Assembly (NCBI GenBank): GCA_949295995.1
Contig: CASFNK010000033.1
Location: 2,485-66,484, forward strand
DNA length: 64,000 bases
Direction: 5' to 3'
From: an uncultured Pseudomonadota bacterium
GTDB taxonomy: Bacteria > Pseudomonadota > Alphaproteobacteria > RF32 > CAG-239
The notes under the pieces are model-generated. The model was given only the letters and a program-made list of their open reading frames with translations, was not told where the DNA came from and did not search any database. The position numbers were made by a program, and so were the translations under genes. Below are positions 29,992 to 39,424 of the stretch, one piece after another (within the stretch, counting starts at the first letter, position 1; every line of letters begins with the position of its first letter).

Positions 29992-30258
29992 TCAGAAAAG
30001 ATATTTGGCATCCTGATAAGTTAAAAACAATCCTATGAGCGCGCCTATAATGGCTCCCCACCAAGCGGCAGAGAGATCATTCCAAGCGCAGTCAAAAAAC
30101 ATTCCAGCCACAAACCAGAAGACGAAACCGCCCCAGATTGCACCGCCGAAACTATTTTTGATCAATGCAACTAGGACACCTGCACCGGCACATGCAAGCA
30201 TCCATACCATAATTATTGCTATCGCAATAAAAATGGCTAAGAAAAAAATTTCCATCAT
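29992..30258 (-). CDS. Small Gly/Trp-rich membrane protein, hypothetical
   Basis: 88 aa with three hydrophobic segments, followed by a terminator. Confidence 0.6.
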   Translation of the reverse strand: MMEIFFLAIFIAIAIIMVWMLACAGAGVLVALIKNSFGGAIWGGFVFWFVAGMFFDCAWNDLSAAWWGAIIGALIGLFLTYQDAKYLF

Positions 30259-30526
30259 ATTATTATTTTTTTTATTTTTTTTAATAATAAATGTGAAAAT
30301 TTTGCTTTATCAATTCATGGACTTTTCGGTAACTCAAAACAGAACTTAATCCGTCTCAAAAAACCTTACGCCCAATCAAAGCAAATCTTCACTCCCCCGC
30401 ACAATATCAACAAAATTATATAATTCATATCTATACTATACCACAAATCAGGGCTGATAACAACCCTTTTAAGCAGTCAGAACGCTTTTTTGTCCATTTT
30501 TTGATGATTTTATTTTATGGGAAACA

Positions 30527-30613
30527 ATCATATAATAAGAATTAAAGACAAAGTACCAAGCATAGTAAACCTATGTGAGGACACTTTTGACCAGCAAATT
30601 CTGTATTAAATGA
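30527..30613 (+). repeat. Degenerate RPE-like palindromic element (copy B)
   Basis: taataagaatt ... acc-aa-gcatag-taaac-ctatgt-gagga ... gcaaattctgtatta aligns with the core of 51716-51837. Confidence 0.7.
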
Positions 30614-30622
30614 CCTTTAAAT

Positions 30623-30854
30623 TAAAAAGCTGTTATATGAGAAAAATAGAGTAATTTCTAACAGTGATAAAAATTTTAGCAAACGCTAAGTAAAAATGCC
30701 TTTAATGTGGCATTTTTATCTGCAAGGTCTTTGGAACATCTTGTTGAGCTAGGTGATAAAATCACCACAGCGAAACTAGATGCCTAAGAAATTAGTACGT
30801 GAATTTTTATCATCTGTGTAAAATTGCTCTAGGTTTCCATAGAACAGCTTTTTA
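30623..30854 (+). mobile_element. ~230-bp palindromic, multi-hairpin element (MITE-like or structured RNA) sharing ends with 51716-51837
   Basis: Perfect 12-bp terminal inverted repeat taaaaagctgtt/aacagcttttta, extended by ~40 bp of imperfect pairing, plus five internal hairpins. Confidence 0.7.
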
Positions 30855-32597
30855 CAGAGTGGGCCATTGTCCCGACGCCACCTCATCCATACTCTTGTGG
30901 ACTTGACCAAAGCGCAGATTATATGCCCAGAAATTGGCCATTACCCGCTCCACATAAAGCCTGGTCTCCCGCGCCGGCAAAACCTCTATAAACAATAGGG
31001 GATCATTGTTATATTTAGCAGACTTCTGCCATTTGAATAAATTTCCGGGGCCGGCATTATAGGCCACCGCCAAATAAAAAAGATTATCTTGCACAAAAGG
31101 CTTGCCCATCAAATAGCTCAAATATTGCTGACCGATTTCCATATTATAATCCGCATCAAACAAAACCGAACTATCGCGCTTGAGTTTTCTGTCTTTGGTA
31201 ACATGATAAGCGGTATTAGGCATTAACTGCATTAAACCTTTTGCCCCTGCCCCACTTTTAGCTTCCGTATTAAACCCTGATTCTTGGCGAATAAGTGCTA
31301 ACACCAAAGCACGGCTGACTTTCCAGCCACCATCTGGCAACCATGAAGGCACAGGATAAGCAATATTGTCATAAAAACGACTGTTTTCGTTGTCTTTAAC
31401 CTCATTAGAAAGCCTAATTGCCAAGGACGGCATATTATACTGCGCCGCCAAATAGAGCGTTGCTTCCTTCTGGCGCTCATTCATATTCTTATAAGCATAG
31501 CGCAGCTCGCTTTCCGCCAATTTTGGATTTTTCGCCATAATCAAAACAATAGCACGCTGAATTGCCGCAGAAGCTAAAAGGTCATCTACATAAGTGTTTT
31601 CATCAAAATTATTAAAATAGGTTGTGCCCGCCCAGTTAAATTCCCACGGCTGGCGAAGTTGATAGTTGGCAAGCATACCGTAAAACGTGCGTTTATACTT
31701 TGAAGCGACTTTCAACCACCGAGTCGCAACTTGCTTTTTATTCAAACGCGAATAAGAACGATAAGCCCAATAAGCACCGGCACCGACCAGCCACTCATCA
31801 TTGTCTTTCTTAGCCCCGAGTTTTGAAAAATAAGCTGCAGCCTTATTATAATCATGTAACCGCCAAGCCGCCAAACCACCAATCCACAACGCCATGGCAT
31901 CACTACTTCTGCGAATAGGCTTGGCGGTATATTCCAAGGCTAATTTATTTTGATTATCCAACAAATAAACCGTAGCCAAAGTGGCACTCATGGCATCATG
32001 CTCTCGGTCAGGAATCCACATTCTCAAATTTTTATCTTGAAGAATTTTTTTTGCAGCCAAGGTTTTCCCTTTATTAATAGCTCTGCGAAAAGCCTCAACT
32101 TTTTGACGCACATATTTGCGTTTGTTATCGGGCAAATGCTCATAGCGATTATTATACCAACTGTAAGGAGAAATAAGCGGTTTAGGAATTAAATCTTCAA
32201 TTTCAGTCAGTTTATCTTGCGCTTTTTTGGATTTAGATTTTGCCAAACGCAAAATTCTGGGAGCCTGCGGATGATCATAATAAAGTCTGAGCCAATTTTT
32301 TAATTCTTCATAGCTTGATTTATAGGTTTTGGAAAGATACTTCTGCGCCAGCACATGCCCCATCAACAGTTGATTATGAATATCCTCAACATAATCATCA
32401 GCCGTATCAAAATCTTCTTTTTCAATGGCTCTGAAAACTTTCTTATAGTTCGTAACGTCTTTTTTGCTAACCACCAAATTGCTCATAATCTGTTGCAAAG
32501 CACTTTGGTCAATAACATTTTGCGTAGCCCAAGCCTGCTGAGCCTGAACACCACAAAACAAAACCACTCCGCAAAAGAGCAACACTTTTTTCAGCAA
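30852..32597 (-). CDS. slt: Soluble lytic murein transglycosylase (SLT domain with N-terminal helical repeats)
   Basis: Signal peptide, IRQES, GLMQLMP, AYNAGPG, ETRLYV. Confidence 0.88.
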   Translation of the reverse strand: MLKKVLLFCGVVLFCGVQAQQAWATQNVIDQSALQQIMSNLVVSKKDVTNYKKVFRAIEKEDFDTADDYVEDIHNQLLMGHVLAQKYLSKTYKSSYEELKNWLRLYYDHPQAPRILRLAKSKSKKAQDKLTEIEDLIPKPLISPYSWYNNRYEHLPDNKRKYVRQKVEAFRRAINKGKTLAAKKILQDKNLRMWIPDREHDAMSATLATVYLLDNQNKLALEYTAKPIRRSSDAMALWIGGLAAWRLHDYNKAAAYFSKLGAKKDNDEWLVGAGAYWAYRSYSRLNKKQVATRWLKVASKYKRTFYGMLANYQLRQPWEFNWAGTTYFNNFDENTYVDDLLASAAIQRAIVLIMAKNPKLAESELRYAYKNMNERQKEATLYLAAQYNMPSLAIRLSNEVKDNENSRFYDNIAYPVPSWLPDGGWKVSRALVLALIRQESGFNTEAKSGAGAKGLMQLMPNTAYHVTKDRKLKRDSSVLFDADYNMEIGQQYLSYLMGKPFVQDNLFYLAVAYNAGPGNLFKWQKSAKYNNDPLLFIEVLPARETRLYVERVMANFWAYNLRFGQVHKSMDEVASGQWPTL

Positions 32598-32627
32598 CTG
32601 ACGCTCCTTAAAATTAAGAATAAAAGA

Positions 32628-33350
32628 CTATTTTCTAAGCCAACGAACTTTAGCCGCACAATCCGTTTGAGACAATCCCTTTACCCTACACCGATTGACA
32701 ACGATATTAGGGATTTTATCCATTGAGTAACATCCATCACCAATAAGCGTATAATCATGATGAACCATTTGATTAGGCGGAACATCAATAAAACTCAAGG
32801 TAGTTTCCATTTCAGGCCAACGAAGACGAACGCTTAAATTGGTTAACTTGCGATCAAGTGTGGTAATGATTTGGAAACGCACATTACAAGTAACCGTTCC
32901 GCTAAGCAGTTTATTAACGCTAAAATCGCTATACAACAAGAAAATCAGAGGCTCATCTTCAGCTTTTTGCGCCCCGTTATAGGCAATCGGATAGATTGAA
33001 GTTGTACCTCTTTTAACGCCATCAAGCGTAGGGCGCAATTTTCTAGGCATTGCTTTATAGATATAATCCTCAGGATTTTCAACATCAACTTTAGCAGGAG
33101 GCCCCTTAGGCTCATTTGTCTGAGGTTTGGCTTGAGAAACCGTTTTTTGCTCAGTTTCTTTTGTTTGATTATTTGAAGTCTGAGAAGTATTATTTTCCCA
33201 CCAAGAACTTTTTTTATCATTAGTTGTTCGCTTCCAAGTCGGCGTTTTAGTTTCCGCCTCATCTCCAAACATTTGCGCACGCACAGGAAACAACCATAAA
33301 CATACGCCGATTAGCAACATAATTCCTATTTTACATCTCAGATTTTTCAT
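32628..33350 (-). CDS. Exported hypothetical protein with a four-Cys C-terminal domain
   Basis: Signal peptide, low-complexity linker, four Cys in the C-terminal domain. Co-oriented with slt. Confidence 0.7.
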   Translation of the reverse strand: MKNLRCKIGIMLLIGVCLWLFPVRAQMFGDEAETKTPTWKRTTNDKKSSWWENNTSQTSNNQTKETEQKTVSQAKPQTNEPKGPPAKVDVENPEDYIYKAMPRKLRPTLDGVKRGTTSIYPIAYNGAQKAEDEPLIFLLYSDFSVNKLLSGTVTCNVRFQIITTLDRKLTNLSVRLRWPEMETTLSFIDVPPNQMVHHDYTLIGDGCYSMDKIPNIVVNRCRVKGLSQTDCAAKVRWLRK

Positions 33351-33369
33351 ACATCAATTCCAAACAGAA

Positions 33370-34149
33370 CTAGCGAATTTGTCCCATAATATCGGTTGCT
33401 CGAGATAAATTCACCACAGCTTTGTCATAAATTTCTTTGAGTTCGTCTTGTTCTTTCTTTTGAGCTTGAACCTTAGCTTTTTTCTCTTCATTAAAGGTTA
33501 CCTTTTTAAATTCTCGATAATACTCGGGATCACTTGAAGGAACATATTTAAATAAGGACTCACAAGCACTCATAGCAGTTGTTTGAATGGTAACACCTGT
33601 ACTATTTGGATTAAGAACATTACAACTACCAAACTTAAATGTCGGATCATTAATTAACAAGAAACATCTGTCCGTTTCAATACGAGATTTTAAAGATACC
33701 TGACGATAGGCTTTCAAATCTGGCACTTTCAAACTGGTTGTCAGTGCAACGGATGTAATTTTTTCAGTTTCGGACTTAGGTTGTCTGAACTGCCCCTCGT
33801 TATTATTATAATTTTCCTCTTGCATTTTTTTCTTATCGAGATCTTTTTCAAACTTAATAACATTTGCGATAGCATCATCTTCCCAAGTCAAGTTCAACAC
33901 AATATTGTTTACATTATTTTCGGAACGATTATAAAAAGTAGCACTAAATTCACAATCTGTTACTTTACCATCTCTATCACGAATAGGTTTAACATCATGA
34001 ATTTTAAATAAGACATTTGGTTGTTCTTCAGTAACGACACTGACTAAGCCATCATCTTCTTCCGTAATTTCTTCAGCATAAGCCATCGTAGCCATAACCA
34101 CGGACAACGAACAAACGGTTCCCAATAAAAACTTTTTACTAATTGCCAT
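33370..34149 (-). CDS. Exported hypothetical protein with a four-Cys domain and coiled-coil tail
   Basis: Signal peptide ending AYA, four Cys in the mature part, RBS aagga. Confidence 0.7.
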   Translation of the reverse strand: MAISKKFLLGTVCSLSVVMATMAYAEEITEEDDGLVSVVTEEQPNVLFKIHDVKPIRDRDGKVTDCEFSATFYNRSENNVNNIVLNLTWEDDAIANVIKFEKDLDKKKMQEENYNNNEGQFRQPKSETEKITSVALTTSLKVPDLKAYRQVSLKSRIETDRCFLLINDPTFKFGSCNVLNPNSTGVTIQTTAMSACESLFKYVPSSDPEYYREFKKVTFNEEKKAKVQAQKKEQDELKEIYDKAVVNLSRATDIMGQIR

Positions 34150-34229
34150 TTTATAATCCTTACATAAAAAACTGGTTTAGCATTTACCCATAGTTTAAGC
34201 ACAAAAGATGAATAAATATATAATTTCCT

Positions 34230-35048
34230 CTAAATATTACACAATTTTTGTTTCATTCTGAGCATATCGACCCAAGCCTTGGCTTTTTGCCCACTGTTTC
34301 TGAGTAAATACGCCGGATGGAAGCTGGCTAAAACCGGAATTTTCTTTCCATCACTTGTTTTATATTCCAACCATTTACCGCGCAATTTAGAAATCGGCTC
34401 GGCATTATCGAGCAAAGCATTAGCCGCACTTCCGCCCAAAATCATAATAATTTCTGGACTAACCAACTCTATTTGCCTCTTCAAAAAAGGCAAGCAAACT
34501 GCGACTTCCCCTTCGGTCGGGGTTCTGTTCCCCGGCGGACGCCAAGGTAAAATATTGGTAATAAAGCACTCATCACGTTTAATACCGACGGCTCCGAGCA
34601 TTTTTTCAAGCAATTGCCCGCTTCTGCCCACAAAAGGAATACCGCTTCTGTCTTCATCTGCCCCGGGAGCTTCGCCGATAAGGAGCAATTTTGCGTGTTC
34701 ATCTCCATAACCAAAGACGGTCTTGTTTGCCGTAAGTTTCAACGCACACCCGTCAAAGCCTTCCACTAATTCTTTTAGAGCAGCAATAGTTTCCGCTTTT
34801 GAACAAAGCTCTCGAGCATTCTGACAAGCACTAACCGTTGCCTGAGCTAATTCGGTGGTCGCCGGACGAAGAGTTGCTTCCACACTTGAACTTTTATTTT
34901 GCACGGCAGAAACCGTAGCATGAACCGGAGCTGTTTTGGGTTCATCAATCGTTGTCTGAAGAGCAAAAGGCACATCACCACAGGTTTCATCAACACCTGC
35001 GGTTAAATACCACTCCAAAATTTCTCGTACATTTAAATTTTCACTCAT
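34230..35048 (-). CDS. Uracil-DNA glycosylase, family 4
   Basis: GEAPGADED, PFVGRSG, RPPGNRTP, HPAYLLR. Confidence 0.92.
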   Translation of the reverse strand: MSENLNVREILEWYLTAGVDETCGDVPFALQTTIDEPKTAPVHATVSAVQNKSSSVEATLRPATTELAQATVSACQNARELCSKAETIAALKELVEGFDGCALKLTANKTVFGYGDEHAKLLLIGEAPGADEDRSGIPFVGRSGQLLEKMLGAVGIKRDECFITNILPWRPPGNRTPTEGEVAVCLPFLKRQIELVSPEIIMILGGSAANALLDNAEPISKLRGKWLEYKTSDGKKIPVLASFHPAYLLRNSGQKAKAWVDMLRMKQKLCNI

Positions 35049-35199
35049 GGCTATTAAATTAAAACAAATCTTACTTTTTGTCATTTAATAATTAAATATT
35101 TACACATAATAGTACATAATATAGAAATTGCTGTTGTATGATAGCAAAACTCATGTAAAATACAGAAGATTTAAAAATTAAATTAGGACAGAATTTATC

Positions 35200-36999
35200 A
35201 TGGCAAAAATCGGCTATTTATTTGTTACAGTTTTGAGTTTCATGCTGTTCAATTCTTGCTCTAACAGGCAAGAAGCTCAATTACCGACGATTCAAGCCCC
35301 TTCTTCTCAACCTAAGATTTCCTCTGTTAGCGGGCAAAAACCTTACGGAGCATATTTGGCAGGTCGCGTTGCCCACTTGCGTAAAAATTTTAACACTGCC
35401 GCCGATTACTACATTCAAGCCTTAAATGAGGATTCGCAAAATCAAGACTTAATCAGCCGTATTTACATCATTCTTGCTTCGGAAGGTCGCATTGACGAAG
35501 CTGCTAAATATGCCAAAATTTCTCTGCAAAAAGGAGATAAAAATAACATAACTTACATTATTATTGCCACAGATGAAATTAAACAGCAACAATATGCCGC
35601 CGCCATCAAAACCATGAACAAATTAGACGGCACGGTTTATAAAGAATTCATCACCCCGTTGATTTCTTCTTGGGCATATGTAGGATTAAACCAACCCGAC
35701 AAAGCCTTAAAAGAGCTTTCAATTATAAAAAAAGAGCCTAGTTTCAAAGCGTTATACAATTTCCACGCCGGAATGATAAACGATTATTTTGACCGTACGG
35801 ATGCCGCCCGCAAGCACTATGAGGTTATTGTCCATGAAGAAAGTTTGGAAATGTCTTTCCGCGCCCTGCAAGTCATCACCAACTTTTATCTGCGCAATAA
35901 CGAAAAAGACAAAGCAATAGCGTTAGCGCAAAAATACAATGATGACAAACTCATGCTTGATATGCTCAACAAGCTCTCGAACTCTGTACAAGCCGCCAAT
36001 CCCTCAGAAACTAAAAGAATCATCACCAGCGCACAACTTGGCTTATCAGAGGCACTCTTCAGCATTGCCGCTACTTTGCGCCAAGGTCCATCAGGTGTTG
36101 ATTTAGCACATATTTTCATTTGTCTGTCCATTTATTCCAACCCCAAATACGATTTAGCAAAGCTCTTGCTGGCTGACATATTGGAAAACCGTGAAATGTA
36201 CGCCCAAGCCAATGAAGTTTATAATGAAATCGACGAGTCTTCGGTAGCTTATTTTTCGGCGCAAGTCAAAAAGGCTAATAACTATGTTTCCATGGAAGAT
36301 TACGAGAATGCCGAAATTTTGCTCAAATCTTTAGCTCTTGAAGCTCCGCAAAACTACCAAGTTTTGCTTGATTTAGGAGATGTTTTGCGCCTGCAAGAAA
36401 AACCGGAAGAAGCCATATCTTATTATGAAGAGGCTCTCTCCAAGATGCCTTCTAATGCCTCACAAAAATGGGTATTATACTATGCTTTGGGCATTTCTTA
36501 TGACGCCAACAAACAATTTTCCAAAGCTGAAGAAAACTTAACCAAAGCTCTTGAGATAAGCCAGAACAACTACCTTGTGCTCAACTATCTGGGATATAGT
36601 TGGCTCAAGCAAGGCAAAAACACCGAACAAGCCTTTGGTATGATAATTGACGCCTACAACCAACTTCCAACCGATGGACACATTACCGATAGCTTGGGCT
36701 GGGCATTTTACCAACTTGGTATGTATGATAAAGCGATTGAATATTTGGAAAAAGCCGCCGAGTTAGAACCTGCCAATGCTTTGATTAATGAACATTTAGG
36801 CGATGCTTATTGGCAAGGCGGTCGCAAGAACGAAGCCCGTTTTCAATGGCAACACGCCCTCACCTTGCCTGATGATACCGGTGAAGTTATCACTAAAGAT
36901 GTTAAAGCAAAAATTGCTAACGGCATAAAAAAACACCAACCGCTTGACTATGACCAAGCCGACATCAAGAGCAAGATAGCAACCATTTCTCAAGATTAG
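35200..36999 (+). CDS. TPR-repeat lipoprotein
   Basis: Lipobox-like FNSC, G-YLAGR, LNYLGYSW, DSLGW, HLGDAYW ... EARFQW. Confidence 0.88.
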   Translation: MAKIGYLFVTVLSFMLFNSCSNRQEAQLPTIQAPSSQPKISSVSGQKPYGAYLAGRVAHLRKNFNTAADYYIQALNEDSQNQDLISRIYIILASEGRIDEAAKYAKISLQKGDKNNITYIIIATDEIKQQQYAAAIKTMNKLDGTVYKEFITPLISSWAYVGLNQPDKALKELSIIKKEPSFKALYNFHAGMINDYFDRTDAARKHYEVIVHEESLEMSFRALQVITNFYLRNNEKDKAIALAQKYNDDKLMLDMLNKLSNSVQAANPSETKRIITSAQLGLSEALFSIAATLRQGPSGVDLAHIFICLSIYSNPKYDLAKLLLADILENREMYAQANEVYNEIDESSVAYFSAQVKKANNYVSMEDYENAEILLKSLALEAPQNYQVLLDLGDVLRLQEKPEEAISYYEEALSKMPSNASQKWVLYYALGISYDANKQFSKAEENLTKALEISQNNYLVLNYLGYSWLKQGKNTEQAFGMIIDAYNQLPTDGHITDSLGWAFYQLGMYDKAIEYLEKAAELEPANALINEHLGDAYWQGGRKNEARFQWQHALTLPDDTGEVITKDVKAKIANGIKKHQPLDYDQADIKSKIATISQD

Positions 37000-37073
37000 A
37001 CAAAAACTAATTCTGGACAGGCAAACAAATTTGTGCTATTTCTAAATAAGAAGAAGCACAAAGGAGAAGTATC

Positions 37074-38579
37074 TTGCAAAATAATCCGTTTGCCAAACTA
37101 TTTGCCGACAAATTTCAATCCGAAGTTCTCAATCAAAGCACTTTTTATGGGGAGAAAGAAACCATAAAAAAGAGCACAATCGAAACTAAATTTATGGAAA
37201 GGTTCAACCTCTTTCTGGAACGTTGCGGCGAAAAACCGATTGATACCTCACACCATTTTATCTCCGATAAAAAATTGGCCAATTTTTGCTCAAGCCTCCG
37301 TTTTTATATGGTGCGCAATATTCAAGATTTACCTCAAGTTTCATCTGAATACAGCCGCGATAAAGACCTGATTAGCTTATTTGACAGTGCCGCCCAATAT
37401 CTCATCAACCGCTCACGTCAATATCGGTTAAGAGGGCGCAGAGTTCCCGAACTCTCTGATATATATGATTACATTACTTGGAAAGCAAATATTGGCAATT
37501 TCCCCCATCAAGTCAAAATAATTCCTTCAAAAATTCCGGCCAAACCCGGAAAAAAGAACTTATTTATCTTTGACCCCAACCGCATTCCCGAAAAAGAAAA
37601 TCTGGTCGAAAAACTATTTCATCACGATATGCAAGATATGCTCACCCCTGCCCCGCAAGAAACAAAGATTTTCTTTACGCACATGCCAACTTCTTATCCC
37701 GAAGAAATTGCCGTCGCCAATGTTTTAACCACTTTGCGCTATCCGCAAGAATACAACGAAGCAGACATGGAATTTGCCAAAATTCATTGGAGCAATTTTT
37801 TAGGAAAAAAATTAGAATATAATGAGGATAATGAAATCACCTCTGGCTATCGCTACGAGGACCAAGATTTCGTCAACAACCTCAAAGACATCAAAATTTT
37901 CGGTTACTGTGCAGGCATGGCTGACGCGCACCGTTGCCTCAAGGCTTTCAAAGAACTGGCTCTGCAAATTTATGATAAAAAAGTTGTTCAACAAGCCTTC
38001 AAAAATATTCAGGTTATGGGCTATGCTATGGGCCCTTTGGAAAAAACGAGTGATTACTCCGCTGTTTATTTTATGTCAAATGATGTTAACGATATCAGCA
38101 AACCCGAACACGTTTTCAAAACCAATTTTCCGGAACTCTATCCTCAAGTTCACATTACCCCAAAAGACTTAGAAACTGTTGATTCTAAAATTACTGAGAC
38201 ACAGGATGGTAATTTTATTGTAGCCAGCCCCATGCCGGAAAATTCATTTCAAATCATGGCTAATGGCGAGATTATTGATAAATTAAAAAACAAAAACGCC
38301 ATTCCGGCTCACTTAACATTAGATAAGGATATGAATAAAGCCAAACAAATCAAAGAAGAAAATCTGCGCAAAAAGGAATGGCGCGACGGCCACCGCCTGC
38401 AAAACACCACAGCCGCCAATTTAGGTCATCCGAATCACATTATGGCAAGGACGGTATTTACCAATATGCTGCAAGATAAAACCGGAGCGGAGCTGTTCAG
38501 CCACACCGACAGCCCCAACGCTCAATATGTACTCATGCCGGCCATCTCATACGCCCACCGCCAAAAACTAAAAGAATAA
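37074..38579 (+). CDS. Hypothetical protein, possible alpha/beta hydrolase fold (GYCAG)
   Basis: 501-aa ORF, RBS aaggag before a TTG start, own terminator. Confidence 0.65.
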   Translation: MQNNPFAKLFADKFQSEVLNQSTFYGEKETIKKSTIETKFMERFNLFLERCGEKPIDTSHHFISDKKLANFCSSLRFYMVRNIQDLPQVSSEYSRDKDLISLFDSAAQYLINRSRQYRLRGRRVPELSDIYDYITWKANIGNFPHQVKIIPSKIPAKPGKKNLFIFDPNRIPEKENLVEKLFHHDMQDMLTPAPQETKIFFTHMPTSYPEEIAVANVLTTLRYPQEYNEADMEFAKIHWSNFLGKKLEYNEDNEITSGYRYEDQDFVNNLKDIKIFGYCAGMADAHRCLKAFKELALQIYDKKVVQQAFKNIQVMGYAMGPLEKTSDYSAVYFMSNDVNDISKPEHVFKTNFPELYPQVHITPKDLETVDSKITETQDGNFIVASPMPENSFQIMANGEIIDKLKNKNAIPAHLTLDKDMNKAKQIKEENLRKKEWRDGHRLQNTTAANLGHPNHIMARTVFTNMLQDKTGAELFSHTDSPNAQYVLMPAISYAHRQKLKE

Positions 38580-38584
38580 AAAAC

Positions 38585-38615
38585 AAAAAATCCGGTGGCA
38601 TAAAGCCCACCAGAT
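38585..38615. terminator. Probable terminator between convergent genes
   Basis: aatccggtgg ... ccaccagatt hairpin with an A-run on the left. Confidence 0.6.
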
Positions 38616-38621
38616 TAAATT

Positions 38622-39230
38622 TCAAAATTCTAACAACGGCAAAATATAAGCATAGTACTCAATATTACAACTATAACTCATGCCATTATTAAAATTTAAT
38701 ACCCACGCATAAGCCTTACACAAACATTCTTCATCTTTCTCCAAAAAATTCAGAGAACCTGTCCAATAATAGGACGGATGCAACAACTCCGCACCTGGGA
38801 TCAATGACAACGCTTGGTTGATTTGATAGCGATTCTGGCAAATAAGAGACATTTCTTCCTTATTCCCCAGAAAAGCTTCTCCTTGCCTGATACCGTTTTC
38901 TGAATAATTATAACAAATAACGGAACTATCAGTACATCTGACATCATGTAGATTCTTAGTTTTTTGTTGAAATATATACCATACAATGCAGCTACGTTGT
39001 TTACTGGCTGCACATTGTGGAACATAGTAGTCATCTGCATCATAGGTATGTTCATTTGCCCACTCACCTACTTTCTGATGTAACGTAACAATCAAGCCAT
39101 GCTGACCTGTTTCATCAACATAACCGACAACACCGGAAACCTGCTTATTCGGAAGCAATTGTTTTGAAAATGCTCGATCTTTGGCATAATAAAACATGCC
39201 AACATCAATCAAACGTTCCTTCTTTTCCAT
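38622..39230 (-). CDS. DUF1566/Lcl-C-terminal-like protein
   Basis: GVVGYVDETGQHGLIV ... YYWTGS ... AWVLNFNNG ... YILPLLEF. Confidence 0.6.
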   Translation of the reverse strand: MEKKERLIDVGMFYYAKDRAFSKQLLPNKQVSGVVGYVDETGQHGLIVTLHQKVGEWANEHTYDADDYYVPQCAASKQRSCIVWYIFQQKTKNLHDVRCTDSSVICYNYSENGIRQGEAFLGNKEEMSLICQNRYQINQALSLIPGAELLHPSYYWTGSLNFLEKDEECLCKAYAWVLNFNNGMSYSCNIEYYAYILPLLEF

Positions 39231-39348
39231 AATTGTAAATTTTAAATATGTTACACAAAATAATTATTAATTAGCATCAGTTGTAACAGATATTTCTTTT
39301 TTGTCAATATTTTCTAAAAAAACATATTCAATCACTATCGCACACACC

Positions 39349-39383
39349 AAAAAGCTCCGGAAAATAAAACTCCGGAGCTTTTT
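39349..39383. terminator. Intrinsic terminator after pheT
   Basis: aaaaagctccgga-aaataaaac-tccggagcttttt. Confidence 0.88.
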
Positions 39384-39424
39384 ATTTACTGCCCAAATTA
39401 TAAAAACAAATTAAATAGTCTGGC

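Noticed and set aside
30259-30510. Possible tRNA, tmRNA or 6S RNA in the long intergenic gap
   Set aside because: No cloverleaf, T-loop or tag-reading-frame signature seen. The structure lies further right, in the palindromic elements.
38622-39230. DUF1566-like protein as a diversity-generating retroelement target
   Set aside because: No reverse transcriptase, and I found no template repeat matching its 3' end in this window.
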